The notes under the pieces: generated by a model
Told to the model about the DNA's origin: nothing
What the model saw: the letters and a program-made list of their open reading frames with translations, nothing else
The model's database searches: none
Translations under genes and position numbers: made by a program
Shown here: in pieces, positions 44,510 to 53,508 of the stretch
How the letters are laid out: every line of letters begins with the position of its first letter
Numbering within the stretch: the stretch's first letter is position 1
Assembly (NCBI GenBank): GCA_005889535.1
Contig: VBHC01000115.1
Coordinates: 1,221-65,220, forward strand
Source: Chloroflexota bacterium
Lineage (GTDB): Bacteria > Chloroflexota > Dormibacteria > CF-121
Reading direction: 5' to 3'
Length of the DNA: 64,000 nt

Positions 44510-45385
44510 GTTGGCCGGGCGCTCCGCCAGCCGCCGCATCAAGTACGGATACCACTCGGTCCCGTAGGGCACGTAAACCCGAACGCGATAGCCTTCGCGC
44601 AGCAGCTGGTCCTGCAGGTCGCGCCGGATGCCATACAGCATCTGGAACTCGAAGCGGTCGGGTCCGATTTCGTGTCCGCGAGCGAATCGTTTGGTCGCAT
44701 CGATCAGCCGGTCGTCATGGGTTGCGATCGCCGGGTCGGTGCCGTTGAGGAGGAGTTGCTGCATCTCGAGCTCGAACTTGGCGTCAACGTCGGCCTTCTT
44801 GGGAAAGGCGACCGAGGCCGGTTCGTCGTAAGCACCTTTGACCAGCCGGACCCGGACTCGGTCGGCATTGGTGCGCTCGATGTCATCCATCGTCCGATAG
44901 AGATAGCTTTGCAAGACCACCCCACAATTCGGATATTCCCGGTGCAGGGCGAGCACCAGGTCCAGCGTGCGCTGCGTGTAGGCGGCGCTTTCCATGTCGA
45001 TCCGGACGAAATTGTTCAGCTGTTGAGCTCGCTGGACGATTCGGGTCAGCAGCTCCCGGCACAGGTCGGATGAGATATCGAGGCCCAGCTGGGTCAGCTT
45101 GACCGAGACGTTGGCGTTCAGCCGGTCGGTCGCGATCCGTTCGAACGCCGCCAGGTAGTCGTCCGCCGCGGAGCGAGCCGCCTTCTCCTCGCTCACGTTC
45201 TCGCCGAGATGGTCGAGGCTTGCCGACCAGCCACGACGATTCAGGTCGGTGACCGCGCGAACCGCGTCCTCCAGGAGGTCGCCGGCCACGAAGCGGTAGG
45301 CGAGCGACGCGGTCAGCCGCTGTCGGGTGACAAACCGCTGGAGTCCGCGGCGGTGCGAGAGATAAAGAAACGACGCGCGGAGCAT
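44462..45385 (-). CDS. Proline dehydrogenase
   Basis: ATG at 45385 lies 1 nt after the rdgB stop. Motifs include SLDHLGENV, VSVKLTQLG, RVRLVKGAY and QMLYGIRRDLQ...YVPYG..WYPYLMRRLAERPANLLF. Confidence 0.85.
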   Translation of the reverse strand: MLRASFLYLSHRRGLQRFVTRQRLTASLAYRFVAGDLLEDAVRAVTDLNRRGWSASLDHLGENVSEEKAARSAADDYLAAFERIATDRLNANVSVKLTQLGLDISSDLCRELLTRIVQRAQQLNNFVRIDMESAAYTQRTLDLVLALHREYPNCGVVLQSYLYRTMDDIERTNADRVRVRLVKGAYDEPASVAFPKKADVDAKFELEMQQLLLNGTDPAIATHDDRLIDATKRFARGHEIGPDRFEFQMLYGIRRDLQDQLLREGYRVRVYVPYGTEWYPYLMRRLAERPANLLFIVRSLIRERRAA

Positions 45386-45386
45386 G

Positions 45387-45995
45387 TCAGCCGCCGAGCG
45401 CGGCGTCGAAGGCGCCATGCACCTCGAGCGCGTTGAGCGCCCGGGCCCGGTGGCTCAACAGGTTCTTCTCCTCGGTGACCAACTCGGCGAGCCGGCGTCC
45501 GTCGGCCAGCTGGAATACCGGGTCGAAGCCGAAGCCATGCGCGCCGCGTGGCTCCGCCGCGATGGTGCCCGTGAGAACACCCTCGCCCTCAAAGGTCCGA
45601 CCGTCCGGCAGGGCGAGGATGGCGACACACCGAAAGGTCGCCGGCGGCGAGCTGCCGGCTGCCGTGCCCAGGGCGGCCAGCAGGGCGCGAACCAATGCCG
45701 GACTGTCGCCGTAGTGCTTTGGGCCGGCGAAGTACGCGGACTCGACGCCGGGCCGGCCGCCGAGCAGCGGCACCTCCAGCCCCGAGTCGTCGGCCAGGGT
45801 TGGCAGCCCGCTCAGCAGCCTGCCGGCCTCGGCCTTCTTTTTCGCGTTCTCCCGATAGGTCGCGCCATCCTCGGAAACCTCGAACCGGATCCCGATCTCT
45901 TTTGGCGTCACGAGGTCCATTGGCAGGTCGGCGAGGATGGACCGGATCTCGCGGAGCTTGCCCTCGTTCGTCGTGGCGAGCAGCAGGCGGTTCAG
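45387..45995 (-). CDS. rdgB: Non-canonical purine NTP pyrophosphatase (RdgB/HAM1 family); apparent CTG start
   Basis: (L/M)[20 protein letters not shown]...[19 protein letters not shown]...GFGFDPVF. No ATG/GTG/TTG lies within about 30 codons upstream. CTG at 45995 overlaps the rph TGA. Confidence 0.8.
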   Translation of the reverse strand: MNRLLLATTNEGKLREIRSILADLPMDLVTPKEIGIRFEVSEDGATYRENAKKKAEAGRLLSGLPTLADDSGLEVPLLGGRPGVESAYFAGPKHYGDSPALVRALLAALGTAAGSSPPATFRCVAILALPDGRTFEGEGVLTGTIAAEPRGAHGFGFDPVFQLADGRRLAELVTEEKNLLSHRARALNALEVHGAFDAALGG

Positions 45996-46720
45996 TGAAG
46001 CTTCAGCGCCTTCTTCTGCGCCTCGACCAGCTCGCTGGCGCCCTTGACGGCCAGCTTGAGCATCTCCTCCATCTCTTCCGGCTTGAACGGTTCCTGCTCG
46101 GCCGTTCCCTGGATCTCGATGAACCGTCCATCCTCCGCCAGCACGCAGTTCATGTCGGTCTGAGCGGCGAAATCCTCGAGGTAGTTCAGATCCAGGCGGG
46201 GCTGTCCCTGCACGATGCCGACGCTGACCGCCGAAACGAAATGCTTGATGGGCAGCACCCGCAGCAGGTTGCGCTCGACTGCCTTCTGCAGGGCGAGGTG
46301 CAGCGCCACGAACCCACCCGTGATCGAGGCGGTGCGCGTTCCGCCGTCGGCCTGCAGCACATCGCAGTCGACCATGATCGTGCGCTCCCCCATCAGTGGC
46401 ATGTCGATGGCGGCGCGAAGCGCGCGACCGATCAGCCGTTGGATTTCCTGGGTGCGACCGTCGATCCGACCGGTGCGCGCCTCGCGGGCGGTGCGGGTCT
46501 GGGTTGCCCGCGGCAGCATCGAGTACTCGGCGGTCACCCAGCCTTCGCCGGTACCCTTCTTGTGCGGCGGCGGTTTGTCGTCCCAGCTCGCGGTGCACAG
46601 CACCCGGGTGTCGCCCATGTTGATCAGGGCCGAACCCTCGGCATAGAGGTTGACGGCGGTTTCGATCTTCACCGGCCGGATCTGGTCCGGTTTCCGGCCG
46701 TCAGGTCGCGTCTGGGCCAA
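45992..46720 (-). CDS. rph: Ribonuclease PH
   Basis: 242 aa with a TTG start. The sequence reads [16 protein letters not shown]...[14 protein letters not shown]...[23 protein letters not shown]. Confidence 0.9.
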   Translation of the reverse strand: MAQTRPDGRKPDQIRPVKIETAVNLYAEGSALINMGDTRVLCTASWDDKPPPHKKGTGEGWVTAEYSMLPRATQTRTAREARTGRIDGRTQEIQRLIGRALRAAIDMPLMGERTIMVDCDVLQADGGTRTASITGGFVALHLALQKAVERNLLRVLPIKHFVSAVSVGIVQGQPRLDLNYLEDFAAQTDMNCVLAEDGRFIEIQGTAEQEPFKPEEMEEMLKLAVKGASELVEAQKKALKLH

Positions 46721-46726
46721 CGCCGT

Positions 46727-47464
46727 CTATCTTCGCAGAGCGCGGATGACCTGAATGCTGGCCTCAAATAACAGGATGAGCGGCACCGTCAGCAACAACG
46801 GCGTGAAGGGGTCGGCACCCGGCGTCACGAAGTTCGCGCCGACGAAGATCCCCAGCCAGAACTTGAAGCGGTTGCGGTTGAGGAAGGCGGGGGTGACGAT
46901 ACCCACCAGGCCGAGCATCGTCATTGCCAGGGGCAGCTCGAACGTGATGCCGAAGATTGCAATCAGCAGCAGGGCGAAGTTGATGTAGCTGGTGGCTAGC
47001 GGCAGGTACTTGATGTCGCTGGTCCCGAAGCCGATCAAGAAGCGCAGGGCAATCGGCAGGGCGAAGAAGGCAAAGAAAATACCCAGGATGAACAGCAGGC
47101 AGGCCGAGGCCACGAAGCCGACGGCAAACCGGCGCTCGTTGCGGCGCAATCCGGGCGCCACGAATCCCCAGACCTGCCAGAAGATGACGGGGGCGGCCAG
47201 GATCAATCCGCCGACCAGGCCGATCTTGAAATACAGCAGAAACTTTTCGACCGGTCGAGTGAAATACAGCGGCTGGTTGTGGATGACCTGCTTGATGGGC
47301 ACCAGCAACAGCTGGAGGATCCAACCCGACACCAGGAAGGCCAGGACGGTGGCCACCGCCCAGGCGATCAGCGAGATGATCAGGACGCGGCGGAGCTCCT
47401 CCAGGTGCTCCATCACGGTCATGCGCCGCTCATCGTCCGGCCTGACGAGGTGGGGTTTCGCCAT
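46727..47464 (-). CDS. tatC: Twin-arginine translocase subunit TatC
   Basis: 245 aa. MTVMEHLEELRRVLI... is followed by six TM helices, with FVTPGADPFTP. Confidence 0.9.
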   Translation of the reverse strand: MAKPHLVRPDDERRMTVMEHLEELRRVLIISLIAWAVATVLAFLVSGWILQLLLVPIKQVIHNQPLYFTRPVEKFLLYFKIGLVGGLILAAPVIFWQVWGFVAPGLRRNERRFAVGFVASACLLFILGIFFAFFALPIALRFLIGFGTSDIKYLPLATSYINFALLLIAIFGITFELPLAMTMLGLVGIVTPAFLNRNRFKFWLGIFVGANFVTPGADPFTPLLLTVPLILLFEASIQVIRALRR

Positions 47465-47498
47465 GTTCAGCTAGAAGCCGGGCCGGCCGGCGGCACGC

Positions 47499-47765
47499 TC
47501 AGGCCTTGGTATCAGTCGGCTTGGCGTCGGTCGCGCCGGGCGTCGAGGTCGACGACGGCCGGCTTTCCGCCGATCCGTCGCTCGATTGGGCGCTGGAGCT
47601 GGTGCTGCGCTTGATCTCGTCCTGCAGGTCACTCGAGGCCCGCCGAAATTCGCGGAATGCCTTGCCGATCGCGCCGCCCACCTCTGGCAGCTTGCCCGGC
47701 CCGTAGACGATCAGGACAATAGCCAGGATCAGGAGAATGACCCACCAGCGTTCAATACCAAACAT
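47499..47765 (-). CDS. tatA: Twin-arginine translocase subunit TatA/E
   Basis: 88 aa. MFGIERWWVILLILAIVLIVYGPGKLPEVGGAIGKAFREFRRA is followed by a Ser/Thr-rich tail. Confidence 0.85.
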   Translation of the reverse strand: MFGIERWWVILLILAIVLIVYGPGKLPEVGGAIGKAFREFRRASSDLQDEIKRSTSSSAQSSDGSAESRPSSTSTPGATDAKPTDTKA

Positions 47766-47832
47766 TCACAGGCTCCTTCGCGGCCCCATTATACGCCCGC
47801 CTTCCAGGGACTCCTTAACGTCAGCTGAGACC

Positions 47833-48534
47833 TTAACCGGTCTCTTCCTGAACGGTGACAGACGTCATGACATCGCCGACGGCGATCTTGAGCACGACGT
47901 CCATGCCGGTCTGCACATAGCCGAACAGGTTGTACAGCTTCTGCAGCTTCTTGCTGTCGTCAACGGTACAGATGAAAAACTGGCTCCCGTTGGTGTTGGG
48001 GCCCGAATTGGCCATCGCCACCGCGCCGGCCGTATATTCGCCGCTGACCGGCTCGTCGTTGAACTTGTAGCCCGGTCCGCCGGTCCCATCGCCCTTGGGG
48101 TCGCCGCCCTGGATGACGAAGCTGGCTTCGACCCGGTGAAACTTGAGCCCGTTGTAGAACTGGTTGCGGGCCAGGAAGACGAAGTTGTTGACGGTGTTGG
48201 GGGCAAGCTTGGGGTCCAGGCAGAGCGTGATGTCGCCCTTGGCCGTCTTGATCGTGACCAGGAAATGGTGGGCGGTGTTGATCGCCATCGGAGGCGGCGC
48301 GCTGAAGCTCTTCTTGCCGGCGTTGCCGGCGGTCGGCGTCAGCGCCGGCCCGAAGGTCAGCGAACCGCAGGCCGCCGGGGCGGCGCTCACGCTCGGGCCC
48401 GGGGTTGGCGTCGGGGCTGCGCCGGGCGTGCTGCCGACATTGCGTCCAACATAAAAGGAGAACGCGAGTATAGCGACCGCCACGATGGCGAGGGTCGCCA
48501 GCATCTGCGGCACGCGCCGTGGCACCCGGCTCAT
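47833..48534 (-). CDS. Membrane-anchored cyclophilin-type peptidyl-prolyl isomerase
   Basis: ATG at 48534 overlaps the hemB stop (ATGA). After an N-terminal TM helix come FHRVEASFVIQGGDPKGDGTGGPGY and VAMANSGPNTNGSQFFI. Confidence 0.85.
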   Translation of the reverse strand: MSRVPRRVPQMLATLAIVAVAILAFSFYVGRNVGSTPGAAPTPTPGPSVSAAPAACGSLTFGPALTPTAGNAGKKSFSAPPPMAINTAHHFLVTIKTAKGDITLCLDPKLAPNTVNNFVFLARNQFYNGLKFHRVEASFVIQGGDPKGDGTGGPGYKFNDEPVSGEYTAGAVAMANSGPNTNGSQFFICTVDDSKKLQKLYNLFGYVQTGMDVVLKIAVGDVMTSVTVQEETG

Positions 48535-49523
48535 CCCATGTCGTCCCAGCATGGGATGTCGGCCGCGACCGCCTTCGCGTGGTAGGTCAGGATCATGTCG
48601 GCGCCCGCCCGGCGGATGCCCAGCAGGATTTCCCGCAGCACGCGCCGCTCGTCGATCCAGCCGTTGGCGGCGGCTGCCTTCACCATGGCGTACTCGCCAC
48701 TGACGTTGTACGCCGCGACCGGAACCTCGGTCGCCTCGGCGACCGCGCGAATCACGTCGAGAAACGCCAGGGCCGGCTTGACCATCACGATGTCGGCGCC
48801 CTCCTCGATATCGATCCGCGCCTCCCTGACCGCCTCGCGCACATTCCCGGCATCCATCTGGTAACCCCGCCGGTCGCCGAAGCGCGGCGCGGAGCCGGCG
48901 GCCTCCCGGAACGGGCCATAGAAGGCCGAGGCGTACTTGGCGGCGTAGGCGAGGATCGCCCGGTCGCTGAATCCTGCATGATCGAGGGCCGACCGAATGG
49001 CGGCGACCTGGCCGTCCATCATCCCGGAGGGCGCGATCACGTCGGCGCCGGCCGCCGCCTGTGAGGTGGCGATCCGCTGGTAGATCTCGAGCGTGCGGTC
49101 ATTGTCGACCCGTTCCCCGTCGAGGACGCCACAGTGGCCGTGATCGGTGTATTCGCAGAGGCAGAGATCGGCGATCAGCAGCGCGTCATTCCCAAAGGCG
49201 TCGCGCAGCTGCCGCAGGGCGCGCTGCACGATCCCATCATCGATCCAGGCTCCCGTCCCCTTGGCATCCTTACCGGCCGGAATGCCGAAGAGCAGGAGGC
49301 TGTGCACCCCCAGCTTGATCGCCGCCTCGGCCTCCCGCGTCAGCGAGTCGAGCGTGTGCTGAACCTGGCCCGGCATGGCGTCGATTGGTTGCGGCGCCTC
49401 GATCGCATCGCGAACGAAGAGCGGGTAGATCAGGTCCTGGGGGGCGATCTGCGTTTCGCGGGCTAGCCGGCGGAGGGTCGGATTCCCCCGCATCCGGCGG
49501 GGACGCTGGGTGGGAAAGCTCAT
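48531..49523 (-). CDS. hemB: Porphobilinogen synthase (delta-aminolevulinate dehydratase)
   Basis: 330 aa. Motifs include RPRRMRGNPTLRRL, DLCLCEYTDHGHCG (Zn-type Cys cluster), APSGMMDGQV and MVKPALAFLD. Confidence 0.9.
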   Translation of the reverse strand: MSFPTQRPRRMRGNPTLRRLARETQIAPQDLIYPLFVRDAIEAPQPIDAMPGQVQHTLDSLTREAEAAIKLGVHSLLLFGIPAGKDAKGTGAWIDDGIVQRALRQLRDAFGNDALLIADLCLCEYTDHGHCGVLDGERVDNDRTLEIYQRIATSQAAAGADVIAPSGMMDGQVAAIRSALDHAGFSDRAILAYAAKYASAFYGPFREAAGSAPRFGDRRGYQMDAGNVREAVREARIDIEEGADIVMVKPALAFLDVIRAVAEATEVPVAAYNVSGEYAMVKAAAANGWIDERRVLREILLGIRRAGADMILTYHAKAVAADIPCWDDMG

Positions 49524-51181
49524 GCTGAAATTCGAGCCCGGCTGCGCACGATGGCCTCGACCAGTCCGCGCGTCGTGTACTCCTGCGCGATGATATCAAC
49601 CCGCATCAAAAGATCGCGGGCGGTCTGCGCCGTGATCGGGCCGATGCAGGCGATGGCGACCCTCGCCGGCGGTGGCCCGTCGATCGCCTCGGCGAAATGC
49701 CGGACGGTTGAGGAGCTGGTGAACGTGATCACGTCCACCCGATCGAGGTTTTCCGCAAGCCGCTGGCGCAGGTCCGCCGGCGGGACCGCCCGATAGAGTT
49801 CGAGGACGTCAACCCTGGCGCCGGCGTCGCGCAGCCGGTCGGGGAGGACGTCGCGAGCGCCGGCGGCCCGCGCCAGGAGAATCCGGGCCTGCGGCGTCAT
49901 TGCCGCCGCGAGCGCATCGGCCAGGTCCTCGGCGATAAAGCGCGCCGGCATCAGCGCCGGATGGAGGCCACCATCCCGGAGCCGGCCGGCCGTCTGTGGA
50001 CCGATCGCGGCAACCTTTATATGTGTGGGGAAACCTCGACCGGCTCGCTGAAGCTGCGCGAGCATCTGGTCGACGCCGTTCGCGCTGGTAAAGACCATCC
50101 ACTCGTAGTCATCGAGCGCTGCGAGCCGGCCGGCCTCCATGGCGATCGGCTCGATGGCGATGACCGGGCAGCCAACCACGGCGGCGCCCTCGGCTTCCAG
50201 CGCATGCGTGAGACTGGCCGCCTGGTCGCCGGCGCGGGTCACCATGACGCGCAGTCCGGCGAGCGGCGCCCCCGCCGCCGCCGGTCGCAAGAGTCGGGCG
50301 GAGCCCGCACCCTCGAGCCGCGCCGCGACCTGGCGGACGACCTCGGCATCGTCGACGCCCCGAGCTTGTGCGCGAAGCACCCGCTCTCCCCGCTCGTCAA
50401 GAACCACGGCGTCGAGAACGAGCTCGCGGCCGGCGACAACGGCGTATGCCCCAACGGCCGACAGGCAACCGCCGCCGAGGGTCCGCAGCAGCGACCGCTC
50501 GGCCCGAACGGCGCGACTCGTGTCGCGGTCGTCGATGCCGGCCGCCAGCTCCGCGCCCTGACTACCCTCGACCGCCTGGATGGCGAGCGCGCCTTGCCCG
50601 GGCGCCGGCAGCATCACCTCAAAGGGCAGCAGCTCATGGGCCTCGCCCAACCGGCCAAGGCGCTCGAGCCCGGCCGCGGCCAGGATCAAGGCATCAGCGG
50701 CGCCCTCGGCGAGCCGGCGCAGCCGGGTGTCGACGTTGCCGCGGATCTCGACCACCCGCAGGTCGGGCCGGACCGCGGCGATCTGGGCAGCCCGGCGTGG
50801 ACTACCGGTGGCGACCCGCGCCGCCGGCGGCAGGCGGGCGAGCGTCGATGGAGGCCGCCCGATCAGCACGTCGCGGGCGTCGGCCCGCGTCAGGAAGGCG
50901 GCCAGTACCAGCCCCGGCGTCGGCAGGGTTGGCAGGTCCTTCGCCGAATGAACCGCCAGTTCGGCTCGCCCCTCGAGCAGTGCCTGCTCGAGCTCCTTGA
51001 CGAACACGCCCTCGCGCGGTGAGTCGGTCAGCGGCAGCGCCGGGTGACGGTCGCCGTGGGTGGCCAGGGGCACGAGGATGAATTCGTGTTCCGGATGCCG
51101 CCGAGCCAGTGCGTCGGCCGCCAGCCGCGCCTGGATCATGGCGAGGGCACTGCCGCGGGTCGCCAGCCGGAAGGTGGCCAG
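49520..51181 (-). CDS. hemC: Fused hydroxymethylbilane synthase / uroporphyrinogen-III synthase (HemC-HemD); apparent CTG start
   Basis: HemC motifs are FVKELE, HSAKDLP and LGGGCLSAVGAY. The HemD part reads LRVMVTRAG...WMVFTSANGV...ITFTSSSTV. The first ATG (51139) would delete the conserved FRLATRGSALA block, which is encoded in frame upstream. CTG at 51181 lies 1 nt after the upstream TAG. Confidence 0.85.
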   Translation of the reverse strand: MATFRLATRGSALAMIQARLAADALARRHPEHEFILVPLATHGDRHPALPLTDSPREGVFVKELEQALLEGRAELAVHSAKDLPTLPTPGLVLAAFLTRADARDVLIGRPPSTLARLPPAARVATGSPRRAAQIAAVRPDLRVVEIRGNVDTRLRRLAEGAADALILAAAGLERLGRLGEAHELLPFEVMLPAPGQGALAIQAVEGSQGAELAAGIDDRDTSRAVRAERSLLRTLGGGCLSAVGAYAVVAGRELVLDAVVLDERGERVLRAQARGVDDAEVVRQVAARLEGAGSARLLRPAAAGAPLAGLRVMVTRAGDQAASLTHALEAEGAAVVGCPVIAIEPIAMEAGRLAALDDYEWMVFTSANGVDQMLAQLQRAGRGFPTHIKVAAIGPQTAGRLRDGGLHPALMPARFIAEDLADALAAAMTPQARILLARAAGARDVLPDRLRDAGARVDVLELYRAVPPADLRQRLAENLDRVDVITFTSSSTVRHFAEAIDGPPPARVAIACIGPITAQTARDLLMRVDIIAQEYTTRGLVEAIVRSRARISA

Positions 51182-51182
51182 T

Positions 51183-52166
51183 CTAGTTCCGGCGGCCCAC
51201 CACGTAGTAGGTCAGGGACTCGAGGGCCTCGCGGTGGGGTGAGGGATCAAACGCCTGGAGCTCCGCCCGGGCCTTTTCGGCAAAGGTCCTCGCATACTCA
51301 TACGACTCGTCGATGCCGCGCGATCCGCGGACGATCCGGACCACCTCCGCATAATCGGCATCCTGCAGAGCCGGCTTCGCCAGGATGGCGTCGAGCTGTC
51401 CGTCGAGCGACGGATCGTGCCGGGCAAGCATCAGCGGAAGCGTCACGGTGCCCTGCTTCAGGTCGTTCCCCACCGGCTTCCCCACCTCCGCCTCGGAGGC
51501 CAGGTAGTCGAGGACATCGTCGGCAATCTGAAACGACATGCCGAGCTGGCGGCCGAAGCGGCGGATGGCTTCCACCTCGGGTTCCGGCAACTCGCCGAGC
51601 ACGCCGCCACAGAACGTCGACGCCGCGAGCAGCACCGCGGTCTTCCGCTCGATCTTCGCGTAGTACTCCTCGAGCGACTGGTCGTAACGCCGCTGGCTCG
51701 TGAGCTGCAGCATCTCGCCAAAGCAGATCGTCATCACCGTCTGCGACAGGAGGGCATCGATGCTGGTGTTCCCGATCTGGGACATCAGGTTGGCGCCCTT
51801 CGCGAAGTAGTAGTCGCCGATGATAATCGCCGGGTTTGCCCCCAGCGATTCATGGATAGTGCGCAACCCACGGCGCGTCGGGGCGCCGTCGATCAGGTCG
51901 TCGTGGATCAGGGTGGCGTTGTGAATGAACTCGATGGCCATGGCGGCGCGGTGGATGTTGTCCATCTGGCTCGGGCGGCCCAGCCCAGCGGCCAGGAACA
52001 CGAGCGATGGGCGCAGGCGTTTTCCGCCGGCGTCCAGGATCTGCTCCATGGCCTCCGCCACCGGCCCAAGATCGGCGCGGACGGTCCGGTGCAGGCGCTG
52101 CTCGAAATCGTCCAGCTCGGCTCGGATGGGCGTGATGAAATCCGTTCCCGTCATCGTCGCCGTCAC
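51183..52166 (-). CDS. Polyprenyl diphosphate synthase (trans-isoprenyl diphosphate synthase family)
   Basis: 327 aa. The first aspartate-rich motif is LIHDDLIDG and the second is FQIADDVLD. Confidence 0.85.
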   Translation of the reverse strand: MTATMTGTDFITPIRAELDDFEQRLHRTVRADLGPVAEAMEQILDAGGKRLRPSLVFLAAGLGRPSQMDNIHRAAMAIEFIHNATLIHDDLIDGAPTRRGLRTIHESLGANPAIIIGDYYFAKGANLMSQIGNTSIDALLSQTVMTICFGEMLQLTSQRRYDQSLEEYYAKIERKTAVLLAASTFCGGVLGELPEPEVEAIRRFGRQLGMSFQIADDVLDYLASEAEVGKPVGNDLKQGTVTLPLMLARHDPSLDGQLDAILAKPALQDADYAEVVRIVRGSRGIDESYEYARTFAEKARAELQAFDPSPHREALESLTYYVVGRRN

Positions 52167-53002
52167 GCCGCTCCCTCCCGGCCGCTCATCGCTTCAACCA
52201 GCTCGAGACGGACGGTCGTGATGGGTGGCAGGTCCTGGCCGAAGAGGATGTGGGCCACATCCGTGAAGCGCTCCGGTGAGCCGGTGACGTAGATCTGGTG
52301 CTGAGCGCCGCCGGGTTCAGCGGACTCCAGGCCGTTGCGCGCGAGGACACGCTTGACCCGGGCCGCGGTCGTCTCGGCCGAGTCGACCACCGTCATCGAG
52401 TCGCCGGCGATCTTTCGAATCAGCGGCCTCAGCAGCGGATAGTGGGTGCAACCGAGGATCAGGGTGTCAGCCTGGTAGTGCAGGATGTCCTGGAGGGCAG
52501 CCCGCAGCACAGCCTCCGTTTCCGGAGCTCCTGACTTGCCGGCTTCCACGAGGTCGACCAGCTCCGGCGCCGCCTTCGGCAGCACACCGATGGTTGGGTT
52601 GGCTTCCCGGATGGCATGCAGGTATTCCTGGCTCTGGAGCGTGCCCTCGGTTGAGATCACGCCGACCCGCTTGTTGCGGGTGGCCGCAACGGCCGCCTCA
52701 GCTCCCGGCGTGATCACCCCGATGATCGGGATGTCGAAGAGCTCGCGGGCGGTGTTGAGGGCGGCGGCCGTCGCCGTGTTACAGGCGATCACCACGAGCT
52801 TGACCTCGAGCGTTTCCAGGAACCGGATGATGTTGATGGCGAAGTGCCGGACCTGCGCCTGGTAACGCGGTCCATAGGGAAAATGGCCGAGGTCGGCGAA
52901 GTAAATGGTGGACTCGTTGGGCAGCTGACGCTGCAGCTCACGAAGAACGGTGAGTCCGCCCACGCCCGAGTCGAACACGCCGAGGGGGCGCGGGTCACTC
53001 AT
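52163..53002 (-). CDS. murI: Glutamate racemase
   Basis: 279 aa with LGVFDSGVGGLTVL, VIACNTATA and LGCTHYP. Confidence 0.9.
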   Translation of the reverse strand: MSDPRPLGVFDSGVGGLTVLRELQRQLPNESTIYFADLGHFPYGPRYQAQVRHFAINIIRFLETLEVKLVVIACNTATAAALNTARELFDIPIIGVITPGAEAAVAATRNKRVGVISTEGTLQSQEYLHAIREANPTIGVLPKAAPELVDLVEAGKSGAPETEAVLRAALQDILHYQADTLILGCTHYPLLRPLIRKIAGDSMTVVDSAETTAARVKRVLARNGLESAEPGGAQHQIYVTGSPERFTDVAHILFGQDLPPITTVRLELVEAMSGREGAA

Positions 53003-53508
53003 TTGGCAGCCATCTTAACAATCCCTAATTCAATTGGACCCTAGCGACGCGGCGATGACAATCGGGCCGCGAATTGATCCGGGGGCGATCGACGCTGCAA
53101 GCGGATCGCACTCTCACAGTTGTATCGGTGATGAAGCCCCACGTCCGGCGCGGTCGCGGCGCAAAAGAAAAGCGCATCGAGCGCGCCAAAGCGCGTCGGG
53201 CCGCCCCGCAGAAGCAGGCGGCATAGCGCCGCCCGACCGAAAACCGCCCACACCCGGTGGGGGCTTCGCGCTCCGCTCTTCTTCGATCTTTTACTTGCCC
53301 TCAATACCGATTGAGCCTAGCGTCCAAAAACCGTTACAGCGGCCGCGGACTGCCGAGCGCGGGCCAGCTTTTACCGCCTACGGCCGGCCCAAGGATTTGG
53401 GACCTGTGCACCCGGCCACCTTGGGTCATCGCGACCGTTTGCTTGCGCCCAGGGCGCCCCGCAAGATGGGCCGCGCTTGTCCGCCCGTCATCCCGAGGTT
53501 CCCTGGTT

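Noticed and set aside
53003-53508. RNase P RNA, tmRNA, SRP RNA, or a c-di-AMP (ydaO) / c-di-GMP riboswitch in the long intergenic region
   Set aside because: I looked on both strands for hallmark strings. These were GAGGAAAGUCCGGGC for RNase P, the GGGGCUGA...tRNA-like end for tmRNA, GGAAGGAAGCAGC-type SRP helix 8, ACGGGG/GGUGAAUC for ydaO, and GACGCAAAGCC for GEMM-I. No convincing match was found, so the region is reported only as an unclassified structured region.
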